The position numbers and the translations under genes are program-made. Of a stretch of DNA of 64,000 bases, positions 62,312-64,000 are shown piece by piece (position 1 is the first letter of the stretch; each line of letters opens with the position of its first letter). Source of the DNA: Candidatus Limnocylindrales bacterium (GTDB taxonomy: Bacteria > Chloroflexota > Limnocylindria > Limnocylindrales > CSP1-4); assembly GCA_025450915.1 (NCBI GenBank), contig JANWLH010000124.1, positions 356 through 64,355 of the forward strand, read 5' to 3'. The notes below the pieces were generated by a model, which was given only the letters and a program-made list of their open reading frames with translations, made no database searches and was not told the DNA's origin.

Positions 62312-63306
62312 CCGGCGAGGCGGGCTGTTCGGGCGGGCGCGTCGAGCAGCTCCCGCAGCTCGTCGTCGAGGCGCAGGATCGAGATCGACGTGCCGGCCAT
62401 CTCGAGCGATGTCACGAATTCGCCGACGAAGCTGCGGCTGACCGTCCAGCCCGCCGACTCGAGACGCCGACGCGCCGCGCGATAGACGATGTACAGGTCG
62501 AGGTAGGCGGTCGCGCCGAGGCCGTTCACGAGCAGGGCGACCGCGCCCGGCGGCAATCCGCGAGCCGCCTGGTCGGCGAAGATCGCGTCGAGCATCCGGT
62601 CCACGACGGCATCGGCGGGCTCGATCCGGCCGCGCTGGAGGCCCGCCTCGCCGTGGATGCCCATCCCGATCTCGATGTCGTCGGGGCCCAGCTCGAAGGT
62701 CGGCCGGCCGGCTCCGGGAACTTCGCACGGGGCAAGCGCGACACCGATGCTCGCGGTCAGATCATTGGCTCGCTCGGCGAGGGCGACGACGGTATCGAGG
62801 TCGTCGCCCCGCTCGGCAGCCGCCCCGGCGATCTTGAACAGGAAGAACATCCCGGCGATCCCCCGCCGATGGCCGCGATCGTCGGACGGCGCGGACGCGA
62901 CGTCATCGGTCCCGCGAACCGTCCGGCAGGTGATCCCCTCAAGCTCCGCGAGCTCGGCGGCGAGGTCGAAATTGAGGACGTCGCCGGCGTAGTTGCCGTA
63001 CGCCAGCAGGACGCCCCGGCCAGTCGACGCCGCCTTGATCGCCTCGAGGCAGACGTCGGCACCGGGTGCCGCGAAGACATTGCCGATCGCCGCCGCGTCG
63101 GCCACGCCCATTCCCACGTAGCCAAGGAACGACGGCTCGTGACCGGACCCGCCGCCAATGACGAGGCCAACCTTGTTGGTTGCCTTCTCACGACGAGCGA
63201 TGACCCGCGGGGCGGACGCCGCCACGACGTCGCCGTGAGCGCCGACGAAACCCTCGAGCATCTCGTCGACGGCGTCGAACGGATCGTTGACCAGCTTCTT
63301 GAGCAT
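62308..63306 (-). CDS. dhaK: Dihydroxyacetone-kinase family, substrate-binding subunit (DhaK)
   Basis: ATG at 63306. N-terminus MLKKLVNDPFDAVDEMLEG, with GGGSGHEP, NYAGDVLNF, GIHGEAG and NGLGAT, collinear with E. coli DhaK as I recall it. Confidence 0.9.
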   Translation of the reverse strand: MLKKLVNDPFDAVDEMLEGFVGAHGDVVAASAPRVIARREKATNKVGLVIGGGSGHEPSFLGYVGMGVADAAAIGNVFAAPGADVCLEAIKAASTGRGVLLAYGNYAGDVLNFDLAAELAELEGITCRTVRGTDDVASAPSDDRGHRRGIAGMFFLFKIAGAAAERGDDLDTVVALAERANDLTASIGVALAPCEVPGAGRPTFELGPDDIEIGMGIHGEAGLQRGRIEPADAVVDRMLDAIFADQAARGLPPGAVALLVNGLGATAYLDLYIVYRAARRRLESAGWTVSRSFVGEFVTSLEMAGTSISILRLDDELRELLDAPARTARLAG

Positions 63307-63318
63307 GAGCCAACGATA

Positions 63319-63349
63319 GCGCCACCGACCGTTCGCCGATCGGTGGCGC
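63319..63349. repeat. Perfect 10-bp GC-rich inverted repeat (GCGCCACCGA-N11-TCGGTGGCGC) in the dhaK leader
   Basis: Read directly at 63319-63328 and 63340-63349, 13-43 nt upstream of the dhaK ATG on the minus strand. No Shine-Dalgarno is visible between it and the start. Confidence 0.6.
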
Positions 63350-63439
63350 CGTCGCCGCCGTGCATGGTCTTGACAACGGATGCACAGTCTTTCCATACAC
63401 GGGCATTGGTCTGCCCTCAGCCCCGGACGAGGTGAAGAA

Positions 63440-63943
63440 ATGGTGTTGCCCGCCGGCCCGACCCACATCTCCCAGGTCGCGATGGTCGTCCGCGACCTCG
63501 ACGCCTCGATGAAGATGTTCCACGACACGCTTGGGTGGGGGCCCTGGAACGTCTACGAGCACGTCCCCCCGAAGTTGCACCACACCCACCTGCGCGGCGT
63601 GGAGGTGGCCTTCTCGATGCTCGGCGCGGAATGCGAGGTCCAGCCCGGCCTGGTCTTCGAGCTCGTCCAGCCGCTCGACGGCCCGAGCATCTACAAGGAG
63701 TTCCTCGAGGAGCACGGCGAGGGCGTCCAGCACATCGCCTGCATGATGCATTCGCAGGCCGACTCGGACGAGTTCAAGAAGGAATGGCAGGCGCGCGGCG
63801 CGAAGGTCCTGATGGGCGGCCGGATCGGCGAGACGATCGAGTTCTACTACCTCGACACGGAGCCGATGCTCAAGTTCATCCTCGAGTCGGGCAGCGGCCA
63901 CGCCATCGACCTGACCCCCAGTCGCGTCTACCCGCCCGCCTGA
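63440..63943 (+). CDS. Single-module VOC/glyoxalase-fold protein, same subfamily as the tandem-VOC protein
   Basis: ATG 63440 is preceded by GAGG. Blocks ISQVAMVVRDLD, LGWGPWNVY, VFELVQPL, GEGVQHIACMM, IGETIEFYYLDTEP and FILESGSGHAIDL match each half of the 46755-47801 product. Confidence 0.85.
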   Translation: MVLPAGPTHISQVAMVVRDLDASMKMFHDTLGWGPWNVYEHVPPKLHHTHLRGVEVAFSMLGAECEVQPGLVFELVQPLDGPSIYKEFLEEHGEGVQHIACMMHSQADSDEFKKEWQARGAKVLMGGRIGETIEFYYLDTEPMLKFILESGSGHAIDLTPSRVYPPA

Positions 63944-64000
63944 TGGCCGGCGCAGCAGGAACCCGGGGCGGCATCGATCCGAAGGCGATGCTGGCCGAAG
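63943..64000 (+). CDS. Start of an unidentified ORF running off the window
   Basis: ATG 63943 overlaps the VOC stop (TGATG), and the frame stays open to the window end (MAGAAGTRGGIDPKAMLAE). It is too short to classify. Confidence 0.25.
   Translation, partial: MAGAAGTRGGIDPKAMLAE

Noticed and set aside
61726-63435. 569-aa plus-strand ORF opposite dhaL/dhaK
   Set aside because: It is a mirror frame of clear DhaL/DhaK genes and is Arg/Pro-rich.
1-64000. Search for CRISPR arrays, tRNA/rRNA genes, transposases, integrases, toxin-antitoxin or defence-system genes
   Set aside because: I could find no regularly spaced direct repeats, no cloverleaf-like or rRNA-like segments, no DDE or tyrosine-recombinase motifs, and no low-GC island. 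The window looks like core or accessory metabolic chromosome.

Overview
This is a very GC-rich, gene-dense chromosomal segment with about 60 protein-coding genes. I see no rRNA or tRNA genes, no CRISPR array, and no transposase, integrase or phage genes. Many neighbouring genes overlap by 1-4 nt (ATGA, GTGA, TGATG), so most of the window reads as long, translationally coupled operons. Lipoprotein-type ABC binding proteins, two LLM/F420-type oxidoreductases and a PPOX-type protein suggest an Actinomycetota- or Chloroflexota-like host, but this cannot be settled from the window alone. Content from left to right: (i) 0-6.6 kb holds a Rieske fragment, a cupin, a ClC channel with a small ORF and a MarR regulator, a lipoprotein, an LLM oxidoreductase and a P450. 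(ii) 6.7-32.2 kb is a large inositol/cyclitol catabolic island. It has iolD-iolC-iolB plus a class I aldolase, iolG, an iolE-like gene, three further xylose-isomerase-like TIM-barrel genes, a LacI-type regulator, a DegT-type aminotransferase, a PotABCD-type importer, an F420-LLM, a Zn-ADH and a transaldolase. It also contains two paralogous ~870-aa PHP/CehA-McbA-like proteins of unknown function, and a 14-bp LacI-type operator recurs four times in it. (iii) 32.3-35.2 kb holds a methyltransferase-PPOX-membrane protein operon and an EamA transporter. (iv) 35.2-53.8 kb holds two CUT1 sugar ABC systems surrounded by a lactonase, three SDRs, a DUF4432-like epimerase, an amidohydrolase, an M20 deacylase, a YhfZ-like regulator, a tandem-VOC protein and a cytoplasmic GH140/DUF4038-like protein. 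A TGTTCA-N7-TGAACA site recurs three times in the promoter regions here. (v) 54.3-63.3 kb is a sugar-phosphate module: an LsrK/LsrF-like operon without the Lsr transporter or LsrG, a SorC regulator, and a dhaK-dhaL-tpi-rpiB operon. The most novel candidates are the two large PHP-domain paralogues wired into the inositol regulon, the possible aminocyclitol route (DegT plus Pot-type importer), and the orphan LsrK/LsrF operon. All functional calls come from by-eye motif recognition. No database search or computation was run.
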